Assembly (NCBI GenBank): GCA_965203295.1
Contig: CBDBCZ010000011.1
Coordinates: 32,001-96,000, forward strand
From: Nitrospirales bacterium
Lineage (GTDB): Bacteria > Nitrospirota > Nitrospiria > Nitrospirales > UBA8639
Direction: 5' to 3'
Length of the DNA stretch: 64,000 nucleotides
The first letter of the stretch is position 1. Each line of letters begins with the position of its first letter. Shown piece by piece: positions 1 to 9,251 of this stretch. A program made the translations under genes and the position numbers. The notes beneath the pieces were generated by a model. It was not told the origin of the DNA. It made no database searches and saw nothing but the letters and a program-made list of their open reading frames with translations.

Positions 1-89
1 GCTCCCCTCCCCTCCCCTCCCCCTCCCCCTCCCCCTCCCAATAGAAACCCACAATACTGATACAGTACTGGAGGGTAGATTAGACCCAC

Positions 90-3000
90 CTTCAAGTGTA
101 TCTGGTATTCCTTCTTGTTTTTAAAGCCAGTTTCTACAAGCCGGTGGGTCAAGACAATATCAATTCCGCTGACTGTACCCGCCTCTGCTGCTCCGTCATC
201 ATCCACACCCTCCGCACTGGCGTTGCCTCCAATAAATTTATCGTCTATTTCGTCTTTCTTCACTGTAACGTTCTATAGGACAGAGTGAAACCCTAGCTGT
301 ATTAATGCATGTGGCAGCATTTTAGGGGTTTTAATTTTACCAGCTGGGCGCACAAACAGTTGATTCTAAGATTGCTTTATGTTTTTGCATCTGCTTGTTC
401 GTGCGCCCACACTTGTCACGTGCGCAATATATATTATGTCATACATGTACAATACTATGCAACTGCAGTATATAGCAGCTTTTGGAGGTTTGTAGGCCAA
501 GCTACAGCTAATGAAAGTATAGTTTTGTGTTGCCCACATGTAGGTGGTGAAAACTTGGTAGGCAGTAGTTTTCGTGGTGTATAGCTACTTACTGGAAGTA
601 CACGACAAAACTGCCAAGTCAGCACTTTCGCTGTACTGCATTCGATTGCTTATCAGTTTCTGCAGGATGCCTATTGTAGCATCGTTACTAGTTAGCTTGG
701 CCTGAGCTGAGTTGTGTGTATTCTACAGGAAAGGTTCCCGGCTGGTTTTTGAGACAGACTTGTTTTTCTCTCTCCCCCCCCCCCCCCCCCCCCCCTTCAT
801 TCTCACTGACAATGAAGAATGTTACCAGCACATACATGTACACACAGTAATAGAGCCCAAAGCCCCGCTCCATTCAATTTTCTCCCAGCATCTTGCTTAC
901 TGCTGAGCACATACAGTCTAGTATAATTAGTCAGGGAATCAGGAATGTATACAGTCACGACTAGCAAATGCAGTGGAACCCCTCGCCCCTGAAATAAGGG
1001 CACTTTTGTATTAAGGACACTTTGCTTATGTCGCAAATTTACCCCTGAAATAAGGACACCTCTCTATACAGGACACTTTACCAGGTTCCTAAGGTGTCCA
1101 CAATAGAGGGGTTCCACTGTACTCTCATTGGTCGGGCTGTAGTGCATTGTTATCAGTGGTCGTCAAAGAGCCAATTCAAAAGATACGTGATTTACTACAT
1201 GTACATTCCTTACCTTCCCTTCCACCTCATACAAGATGTCAGCCACTTCTTTCACCTTGAATGTATCAGAAAACAGTTCGTCTCCTACGGAATAGAGACA
1301 GCACATGTGTACAAGTATTACAGCCTCGTTCCCAATTTCCCACTATAGCCTTAACTTGTTTCCAGTCCTTCCGACCCCAGCTTTTATCTCGCAGCTGTGG
1401 AGAAAAAGCGAGGGGGAAGGCCTGGTACCACTTATCAGATGCTGTGCTGTAGGACATTAATACAGAGTACATGCCTATGCATGAATTAAAAACGACATCC
1501 TTTAATTAAGCACAGAACGACTGAAACTGTGCAACCGAGGGCTATTGACTGAGGCAGACAATCCTTCGGGCAGCGATAAGCCCAAACAGACCAAACTTTT
1601 GGTAGCTGAATGACGGGTAGGAGCGTCTCTCACTGCCATGCCGGCATTCTAGAGTGGTTCTTTCCGTCGCGGTCAGAACTAACCGACATAAGTGTGGTCT
1701 GTCTGGGCATATACGTCTACCCTATAACACGGCACATGATAATTGGTACCAGGCCTTCCCGCTCGCTTTTTCTCTACTGCTGTGAGATAAAAGCCGGGGC
1801 AGGAAGGACTTGGAACGAGAATATTTTGGTTACCCGAGAGTCATCACAAGGGCTAGAGTAGCTAAGGTTATGTGTGTACTATACATGTAGAGTGCGAGCG
1901 AGCACAGATGCAATTCTCGAAGAAGTAAAGGTTACCTAATCCTCACAGCTTATTTGTGCTAATGACCTACAACTGAAACGAGTATGGCTGTTCAGGACTT
2001 TAATTGGCCACTAAAAAGACAATAGCACAAAGTACATATATGAACATGTCTGAAGCAGCTTGCAGAGCAACAGATGGCGATGGAAGGTACTCGTACGCAG
2101 ACAGAACCATGACTATGCCGATTTATAGCCTCCTTATGCGCAATATCTTGCCCATGCTTTTGAACAGAGGCGATACACCAGGAGCGCATAATGACGTAAG
2201 AAAAAGGTAAGAGTAGGAGTGGGAAGCGCCCACGCGAAAGATTGAATTTCGGGAATTTACCCACGGTAGATCTGTTACTATTTTGGGCACGCACGTGCTA
2301 TAGACTGTTAGCTTGTGAATAGCTTGAACAGGTCACAGCCGTCTAGTAACGTGATACTATTCCCTACAACGTCCAGCAACCCCGAGAAAACCGCCTGCGA
2401 CTCTTCACTGTCAAGCGCTTGCTGGCCAGTGGCGTCAAGCCCAAGGCAACTCTCAGTGACGGTGACTGCTGCTGCTTTTGACTAAACAGCTCCCGGCTAA
2501 ACTTGTCTTCACTATGTACAGTATCTTCAGAATCAACTCTCAGAGCCAGGTAAGAGTAATCCGATGAGTAGGTGTCGTTTTGCTGGTCTGTAGGTCCGTA
2601 CCTCCGCCTGTAGCACAACGGTTGGCAGATAAATGATCACTAACGGCTACACAAACGTATTCACTCGATTTTCCGGTAAGATTCCCTGTTGTAACGTGTG
2701 TAAGAACTGTCTAGTCCAGCAAACAACGTTGTTTCTTTGATGGATTCGAGGCACGTGCGTGCCCAAAACAGTAACAGATCTACCGTGGGTAAATTTCCGA
2801 AATTCAATCTTTCGCGTGGGCGCTTCCCGCTCCTACTCTTACCTTTTTCTTACGTCATTATGCGCTCCCAGATACGCCAACAAGCTGACTGAGTGGTCCA
2901 TTCCGTGAAATAATGTGACAGAATTAACCGTTCAGTAAAATAATAATCAGCAAACGGCAAGGGCACTACATGTACATCACATGTCAGCATGGCATCCTCC

Positions 3001-3749
3001 CATGAATTTCAGTGCTACCCTAGGCAAGTGGTATACTGTAGGGTATGTAGGCCACTCGACTACCCAGAAAGCCGCTATTCAGCATGTGTGTTAAGACGTG
3101 ACCTCTGAGTTCAGTCCCGGGGTGGGAGGTCCAAAGGGTGGTCACTCCCATAGACTCTGACACTACAACTGCGGCCACTGTCAAACCGTCAAAGTGCACT
3201 CAGAAATACGGTCAACGCTGACAACAGCAGATCACAGTGCGAAAAGCCGCAGTCGGTAGGTTGCCATTCAAGAAATTTTCGGTTGAAGTGATCCATTTGG
3301 AACAATCGACAGGCTTTTGGGAAGTCCCTTGTACAATTATTGACAATCGAAATTGTAGAGCAGTCAAAGGTCAACGGCAGAAAAGCAGTGTGGTCAACGG
3401 TCTAACTGCTGAAAAGAGCTGGTCAAAGCTTTGGCCCGCAGTCGCAGTTGTGACAACAGTGTCTATGGGAGTGACCCCCCCTTGAGGTCACCACTATACT
3501 CTCGTCCCCAGGCCGGCATAACTAGTCTGTCTGAAGCTTGGGGGAGAGGGTGGGAGATTTGGGAATGCGACTAAAAGTGACTCCCAAGGACTGAATAGCA
3601 GCTTTCTGAGTAGAGGCGTGGCCTGTAATTATGTACCACAGTATATAGATATCAATCAAAGACACGTGGTTTTGCTATACTGACCATTTCCCAATCAACT
3701 TGTGAATTTTATCCGTTTTACCTGTAACAAGGTCTTTGTAGATAATCAT
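90..3749 (-). CDS. TPT1: Translationally controlled tumor protein (TCTP), exons 1-3; gene continues beyond left edge
   Basis: Manual splice model with GT/AG and matching phases. Exon1 3749-3722 MIIYKDLVT(G); exon2 1284-1214 DELFSDTFKVKEVADILYEVEGK; exon3 272-90 NVTVKKDEIDDKFIGGNASAEGVDDDGAAEAGTVSGIDIVLTHRLVETGFKNKKEYQIHLK. Carries the TCTP signatures MIIYxD, ExFSD, EVEGK and IGGNASAE. Confidence 0.95.
450..765 (-). repeat. Dispersed repeat fragment in TPT1 intron 2; second copy at about 25375-25690 (+)
   Basis: The reverse complement shares colinear blocks (e.g. ATACACACAACTCAGC, GTACAGCGAAAGTGCTGACT, GCTGTAGCTTGGCCT, CAAACCTCCAAAAG) with 25375-25690. Confidence 0.75.
971..1119. mobile_element. 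Tc1/mariner (pogo/Tigger-like) MITE; related copy 17288-17460, related end at about 26420
   Basis: TIR CAGTGGAACCCCTC / GAGGGGTTCCACTG followed by TA; internal AAGGACAC repeats. Confidence 0.8.
1352..1823. mobile_element. Non-autonomous TIR element (degenerate TAG..CTA, Academ-like termini) in TPT1 intron 1
   Basis: About 85-bp imperfect TIRs (CCAGTCCTTCC...AGGCCTGGTACCA / TGGTACCAGGCCT...GGAAGGACTTGG); internal blocks recur at 29030-29190. Confidence 0.7.
2181..2868. mobile_element. Mutator (MULE)-like non-autonomous element with long TIRs
   Basis: About 118-bp near-perfect TIRs, 2181-2298 and 2751-2868, starting GGAGCGCATAATG; flanks GATACACCA / (CA)GATACGCCA resemble a 9-11 bp TSD. Confidence 0.75.
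3136..3481. mobile_element. MITE with GGTCACTCCCATAGAC TIRs (Kolobok-like, degenerate TTAA flanks); copies at 19864-20222 and about 20257-20575
   Basis: TIR GGTCACTCCCATAGAC / GTCTATGGGAGTGACC; the GGTCAA-rich internal blocks are shared among three copies. Confidence 0.75.
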
Positions 3750-3888
3750 CGCGGCTGTAGAACTGTGATTAAGTCGGATCCAAATTCTGTATACTATACT
3801 TCGTACTTGTCGTTTGGCCAACAGTCACATATAGTAGTGCGCATGCGTAAGCGGAAATTACTATGACCTTTGACCTTACAAATGACGG
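3750..3888. promoter_or_regulatory. Compact bidirectional promoter TPT1/WDR53 with NRF1-like site (3838-3849), ETS-like CGGAA and a perfect DR1 nuclear-receptor element (3864-3876)
   Basis: Divergent ATGs at 3749 and 3889; TGCGCATGCGTA; TGACCT-T-TGACCT; locally CpG-rich. Confidence 0.7.
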
Positions 3889-4893
3889 ATGGCTGAACGA
3901 AATGAAGGCAAAGCTATTTCTCTCCTGGATACGAGGGTAGAGGACACTTTCTGTCTGTGTAGCACTAAAGATAACAACTTGCTAAGCGGCCACGACTCAC
4001 TTTTGAAATTATGGTCCCCCAAGGATGGAAGCTTGATTAACGAAATATCCACGCCGGTGCGTGGTGATGTCACATGCATAGTGCAGTCTGAGAAAACGCT
4101 TGCGGCGTCGGTAGACAATACCGTCCTCTTTTACGACTGGAGAGACCTAGAGAACCCGCTTCATCAGTTTTCATTCAACAGAGAAGAAATTAATGAGATT
4201 TGCATCCACCAGAATGGAAACTTTCTCTGCGCAGGGGATGATTCTGGGGACATCAAAGTAATCGACATTGAGAATGCAAAGGTATTCAAGACTCTGTCAC
4301 GATGCCACACAAACATCTGCTCAACTGTTAAATTCAACCCTCGAAAACCCTGGGAGCTAGTGTCTGGAGGATTGGACTGCAAAGTCGTGAGATGGGATTT
4401 CAGTCGGGGGCGCCCTATTTCAGAAGTAACCGTACAGGCCGGGGGCAGTCAGGCTGGAGGCTACATGGTTAATCCACCCATGGTGCATTGTATTGACGTA
4501 CTCAGGAACTATTCCATCGTGTGCGGTCTTGGGAATGGTAGTGTAGCCGTGTACGGTCTACATGGCAAAGGGCTGCAGGAGAAGAGTTGCACTTCATTGC
4601 ACTCTGCGGGCGTTGCACATGTGTGCTGCGCTGAATTGACTGATGACAAAACTCTTGTGATGTCCGGTGGCAACGATGGGAAAATATTCATTTCCGAGCT
4701 ACAGCGTGAACACTTGGCCAGTGCTATGGAGAAATGCAAACTAAAATCTGTCTCACGGATCAATCATCGGTCGAAAGTAAACTGGCTTGCATTCCAAGGG
4801 AATGCGTCTGGCATCAGTGAGTCTGTGTCACATTGTGGTAGGCTGTTCGTAGCTGATCAGACGCAGTTCATATCTGTATATGATGTTTTGTAA
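3889..4893 (+). CDS. WDR53: WD40-repeat protein 53-like, intronless, 334 aa
   Basis: WD repeats; FNREEINEI, HTNICSTVKF..P.ELVSGGLD and NPPMVH motifs resemble WDR53; AATAAA at 5047-5052. Confidence 0.8.
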   Translation: MAERNEGKAISLLDTRVEDTFCLCSTKDNNLLSGHDSLLKLWSPKDGSLINEISTPVRGDVTCIVQSEKTLAASVDNTVLFYDWRDLENPLHQFSFNREEINEICIHQNGNFLCAGDDSGDIKVIDIENAKVFKTLSRCHTNICSTVKFNPRKPWELVSGGLDCKVVRWDFSRGRPISEVTVQAGGSQAGGYMVNPPMVHCIDVLRNYSIVCGLGNGSVAVYGLHGKGLQEKSCTSLHSAGVAHVCCAELTDDKTLVMSGGNDGKIFISELQREHLASAMEKCKLKSVSRINHRSKVNWLAFQGNASGISESVSHCGRLFVADQTQFISVYDVL

Positions 4894-5337
4894 CCAGTGC
4901 AGTTTATAGAGACTGTAGAGAGATAGAGATTTTAAGTTGAGGATTCGTTGGAATGCCGTCAGCTTGCTGCTAATTGGCTGCTCTTCTTTAATAATTAATG
5001 AGGGATATGGGGAGTCCATACATGTATACCCCTGATTATGTAACAAAATAAAAAAATGAAAGAGCATGACTGAAGCTATAGGGATGGAATCGCAAAAAAG
5101 TCACCAAAAAAAGTTGGAATATCACGACAGAATTACTATCCCTACATCTTGCCAACCACATAACCACCACAAGCCCCTCCATCCACTCCCTTCAGCATAC
5201 CACAATTGTCGTGTTCATCAGTGCATTGATGATTTCATGCACAGCTACATGTAGTCACATCATAATCCCAGCAGCCTTATTCACAGGCAATCAAATATAG
5301 GACGTACGTAAGCACTTCATAACTGACACTATACATG

Positions 5338-5421
5338 TAGCCTCGTACCCAGGCCTTCCCTCACAGCTTCTTTGCAGCCATGGCAAAAGAAGCTGTGAGG
5401 GAAGGCCTGGGTACGAGGCTA
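5338..5421. mobile_element. 84-bp palindromic AcademH-like micro-MITE
   Basis: TAGCCTCGTACCCAGGCC...GGCCTGGGTACGAGGCTA flanked by a perfect 9-bp TSD CTATACATG (5329-5337, 5422-5430). Confidence 0.85.
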
Positions 5422-5786
5422 CTATACATGCACATGTACAACTACCGGGTATACCGTACACCGTTGCACTATATATCAACACAGCACTTTCTGCCTCACA
5501 GACAACTATACTGTTGCCAATAGCAACACTACAGCTTCTCACAACTACACGATCAACAAATAACACACTTGCAAATAATATATGAGCACATGCAGTTAAC
5601 ATAGACATGCACTACATGTAGAAGCTGCATTCCCCCACAAAAACAGACTACTCAAATATATAGTAGCATTGTAGTTGAGTATTTAGTACATTGTAGTACT
5701 AGTCCAACTAAATACTCAACTATTATATATTTGAGTTGTTTGTTCTGCAAAAAATAAGTAGTTCTTTTTTACTACTAAGAAGTTCC

Positions 5787-6385
5787 TGAGTCACAGATGT
5801 CTGAGTAAGTGGGCAGTTAGGCCTCAATAGTTACTCCCTTATGAAATTTAACATTTCAGTGAAGTATTTTATCTGTATGTGTATTAAGGTAACCATGCTC
5901 AATTGGCTGACAATGACAGTCCTAGAAGGGAGTAGCCCAAAGTTTATGCGTATATGACTTGTGTGACATTAGGATAATTGAAAGTACATTGAGTGTAAAA
6001 TGTACATTTAGGAGTTTTGACTTAAATTCTATAGAACATTTCATTAACTGTGAAGACATGCATTTATCTACACGGGACTCAACAAATGAAGGATTTACAT
6101 CTATAGGATGTACAATAAATGGAATTTAAGACAAAACTCCTACATGCATGTACATTATACACTCGATGTACTTTCAATTAGCCAGCCTAATGTAAATGTT
6201 ACTCACACATATAATAAACACATACACTTTGGGCTACTCCCTTCTAGGACAGTCAATTGAGCATGGCTACCTCAATACTTTTTTACGCAGATAACATACT
6301 TCACAGTTAATGAAATGTTAAATTTCATAAGGAAGTGATTATTGAGGCCTAACTCCTACATACATACTCAGACATCTGGAACTCA
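5787..6385. mobile_element. Foldback element, about 245-bp diverged inverted arms
   Basis: Arms 5787-6032 and 6120-6385 are reverse complements (e.g. GTCCTAGAAGGGAGTAGCCCAAAGT / ACTTTGGGCTACTCCCTTCTAGGAC). Confidence 0.8.
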
Positions 6386-6539
6386 TATATTGATGCATGC
6401 ATGCTTGAGCTCTCCGATGCGAAAACAGTGTAGCAGCATTTTTTATCAGCTGTATATCATCGTCTGATAAGTAAAAAAAACTCCCAGAAGTGTGTAACAA
6501 CAACAGTACTCAGTAGTCAGCTAGCCACAGCTATTTTTG

Positions 6540-7826
6540 ATGATGTGGATGAAAGTAGCAGTGATTGTGCTAGCTATAGCCAGCATTCACCTGGGTTTTG
6601 CCCATGAGGATCCAGAATTGCCAGTTGTGGTAGTTTCACCGCACCAGCTGAGGCAGCATGTTAAGAAAGAAGTCACTTCAGTTGTGCAGCAGGCCACTGC
6701 TAACATCACTTACGCCATTGGAGAAGTGAGCAGGAAAGTAGATTGGGCCGTAGCAGACCATATTGAGCCGTTGAAAGATGAAATTGCAGAAGAGATAAAT
6801 TCAGCTCTGAAAGATGTTATCACAAATGTAACCGATGCTGTTGAACAGATCCTGAAACCAGTATTGAATGAAATAGCCCGGCTAAAGCTCCCAGGCAAGT
6901 CTCTTAGCTTCCCAGCAGTCTCATGTGAGCAGGTGAAAGCTAACGATCACTCTGCTCCAGCTGGCTACTACTGGATCCAGAACTCCGAAGTCCCCTTGAT
7001 GCAGGTGTACTGCAAAATGGATGAAATAAAAATAGGTGGAAACCCTGACTTCCCAGCTAGCTCGTGTAAGGAGATAATAGAAGTTAGTCCGAGCAGCCCC
7101 TCTGGGTTCTACTGGGTCAAAGATGGCAACGAAGGCCGCGTTCGTGTGTACTGTGACATGACCCGGACATGTGGTGGGATCACTGGGGGATGGGTGCAAG
7201 TGGCCAACATCGACATGACCAACAGCAGCCACACATGCCCCCAAGGACTGAATGCAACCACCCACTACCCTATACGAGTGTGTGGAATAAATATTAATGG
7301 GACCGGCTGTTCATCTGCTACATTTGATGTGCATGGCATTGAATACTCCCAAGTCTGTGGCAAGATCATCGGCTACCAGGATCGAAGACCAGATGGATTT
7401 AGTGCTCCTGGGAAAGTTATAGATAGTGTTTATGTGGATGGGGTGAGCCTCACTCATGGCCACAACCCACGGAAGCATATTTGGACATTTGCAGCTGCTC
7501 TTTCTGAAAGCCATAGCCACTGCCCGTGCCTGAACGAAGGAACAATCACCGTTCCTTCCTTTGTGGGGAATGACTACTTCTGTGATACTGGCACCCCTGT
7601 CCGTAGTAATCGCTTCCTTTTGGATGACCCACTGTGGGATGGGGAAGGTTGTGGACCCACCAGCACCTGCTGCTCATTCAACAACCCTCCCTGGTTCTCC
7701 AAGCAGCTTCCCTCACCCACTACCAATGACATTGAGATGAGACTGTGTGCTAGTGCTCATCATGCTGTTCATAACAGGGGGGATGAAGATGTTACTATTG
7801 AGACAGTTGAACTGTTTGTACAGTAA
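6540..7826 (+). CDS. Secreted Cys-rich protein of a sponge-expanded family: signal peptide, helical/coiled segment, two fibrinogen/collagen-NC1-like SC..GxYW..VYC modules and a Cys-rich C-terminal domain; intronless
   Basis: ORF from ATG 6540 (the track starts at TTG 6537). Hydrophobic N-terminus; motifs GGWVQVA, YSQVCGKIIGYQ, YVDGVSLTHG, HIWTFAA, PSFVGNDYFC, DPLWDGEGC, PPWF. Confidence 0.8.
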   Translation: MMWMKVAVIVLAIASIHLGFAHEDPELPVVVVSPHQLRQHVKKEVTSVVQQATANITYAIGEVSRKVDWAVADHIEPLKDEIAEEINSALKDVITNVTDAVEQILKPVLNEIARLKLPGKSLSFPAVSCEQVKANDHSAPAGYYWIQNSEVPLMQVYCKMDEIKIGGNPDFPASSCKEIIEVSPSSPSGFYWVKDGNEGRVRVYCDMTRTCGGITGGWVQVANIDMTNSSHTCPQGLNATTHYPIRVCGININGTGCSSATFDVHGIEYSQVCGKIIGYQDRRPDGFSAPGKVIDSVYVDGVSLTHGHNPRKHIWTFAAALSESHSHCPCLNEGTITVPSFVGNDYFCDTGTPVRSNRFLLDDPLWDGEGCGPTSTCCSFNNPPWFSKQLPSPTTNDIEMRLCASAHHAVHNRGDEDVTIETVELFVQ

Positions 7827-8144
7827 AATCATAGATTTAGAGCTCGAGTTGCATTCTGTATTATGTTTTTCATTTGTCATGCCATGGATATTGTGCAAAG
7901 AATGCTGAACATTGATCATTTATGCCATAGCCCTTGTCTTGTCACCATAACTCCACCTAAATCATTATTGCCTTTTCCAATGTCTCATTGTTTCTCCCAT
8001 ACAGTGCACCTATTGTGTAAGTTACAGAAAAAGTGCAAAAACAAGTCATGTAGGATGCACTTTCACCAAAAAAAAAAACATTTTCCCAAAAAACGGCGAC
8101 AGTGCGCACTCCAATGCATGCACAGGCTACCCACACATCACAGC

Positions 8145-8910
8145 TAGTGCAATGCATTTACTGTGTAGCTACCATCCCTACATCTTTCCAACCACACCCA
8201 CCACAATCTGTACCACGCCCCATACTCACTGAATGCACACCCAATAATTCCTTCAACGCACACAACCATCCACAATCATCACCATCAACCATGACACCTC
8301 GTCTCCATCCAACAACCGGTAACCACCCTTACATCCTTATCCACAATCATTACATATTTTCACAAAAACACATCCACCACCAAAACCTTCATAGGAACAC
8401 TAGCTACTCCCACACAATGCAATTCACTCCACAAATCCCACACTCACAAGCACTAACCAAGCAGAATAATTTTTCACAACACCACACTGCCACCAACACA
8501 CAAACTGACAAACACAACAAAATGAACCACCATACAACACACTCAACAAAGTTGACAACACACAATCTACATTTACCAAACACACCAACACAGACCTCCT
8601 CTACAAAGAACCTGTACACACAAGCATCTCACAACACACTCACTAAACTTCATAACGCTCAACCAGGCATAACCAAACACTACCAAAGTCCCTATACAAA
8701 CATCTATGACTCGACCCTCAATGACTCACTAGTCCATCATGTACACATTCAACACTTTCAGCTATATACCTTCCACAACCACCAACATACACAATACACA
8801 CACACACATTACACTAACACTATTCACATACACGCGATTGTGGTGGGTGTGGTTGGAGAGATGTATATATAGTGCAGGGATGGCAGCTATGTAGTAAATG
8901 CATTGCGCTA
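8145..8910. mobile_element. TIR element (TAG...CTA) with a G-depleted, AC-rich interior
   Basis: About 65-bp imperfect TIRs TAGTGCAATGCATTTAC...CCAACCACACCCACCACAATC / GATTGTGGTGGGTGTGGTTGG...GTAAATGCATTGCGCTA; no TSD seen. Confidence 0.7.
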
Positions 8911-9251
8911 CTACTTCTTCCCCACTTGTTTGTATGTGTGTGGGTTGGGTGGAGGGGGACACTATTTTCCCCTACTAATAGCAGGAAATAAATGTACAAA
9001 GATGTAAAGTCATATCACGCCTGCACTTCATCACAGGAAGGTAGGCTTGCAGTCTTGCACCGGCCATGCACACCAAACCTCATTTTTCTAGCTACATGCT
9101 ATTCCTGCTTATTAATGTAAAACTATGTATAGCCCCCCCCCCCCCCCCCGGTATAATATTTGCATCAGATATTATTAAAGTATACAGTCACAGGCACAAC
9201 GGCATCACAACACAACGGCATGTATTACAGATCGACTGATTAATAAGAACA

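Noticed and set aside
273..3721. Intronic snoRNA in TPT1 (vertebrate TPT1 hosts SNORA31) and a 5'TOP tract
   Set aside because: No H/ACA or C/D structure recognisable in introns 1-2, which are mostly MITEs; no pyrimidine tract upstream of the ATG. Later introns are outside the window.
8102..8872. 256-aa His/Thr/Asn-rich ORF
   Set aside because: Open only because G depletion removes most stop codons; GTG start, spans a TIR element, no domain.
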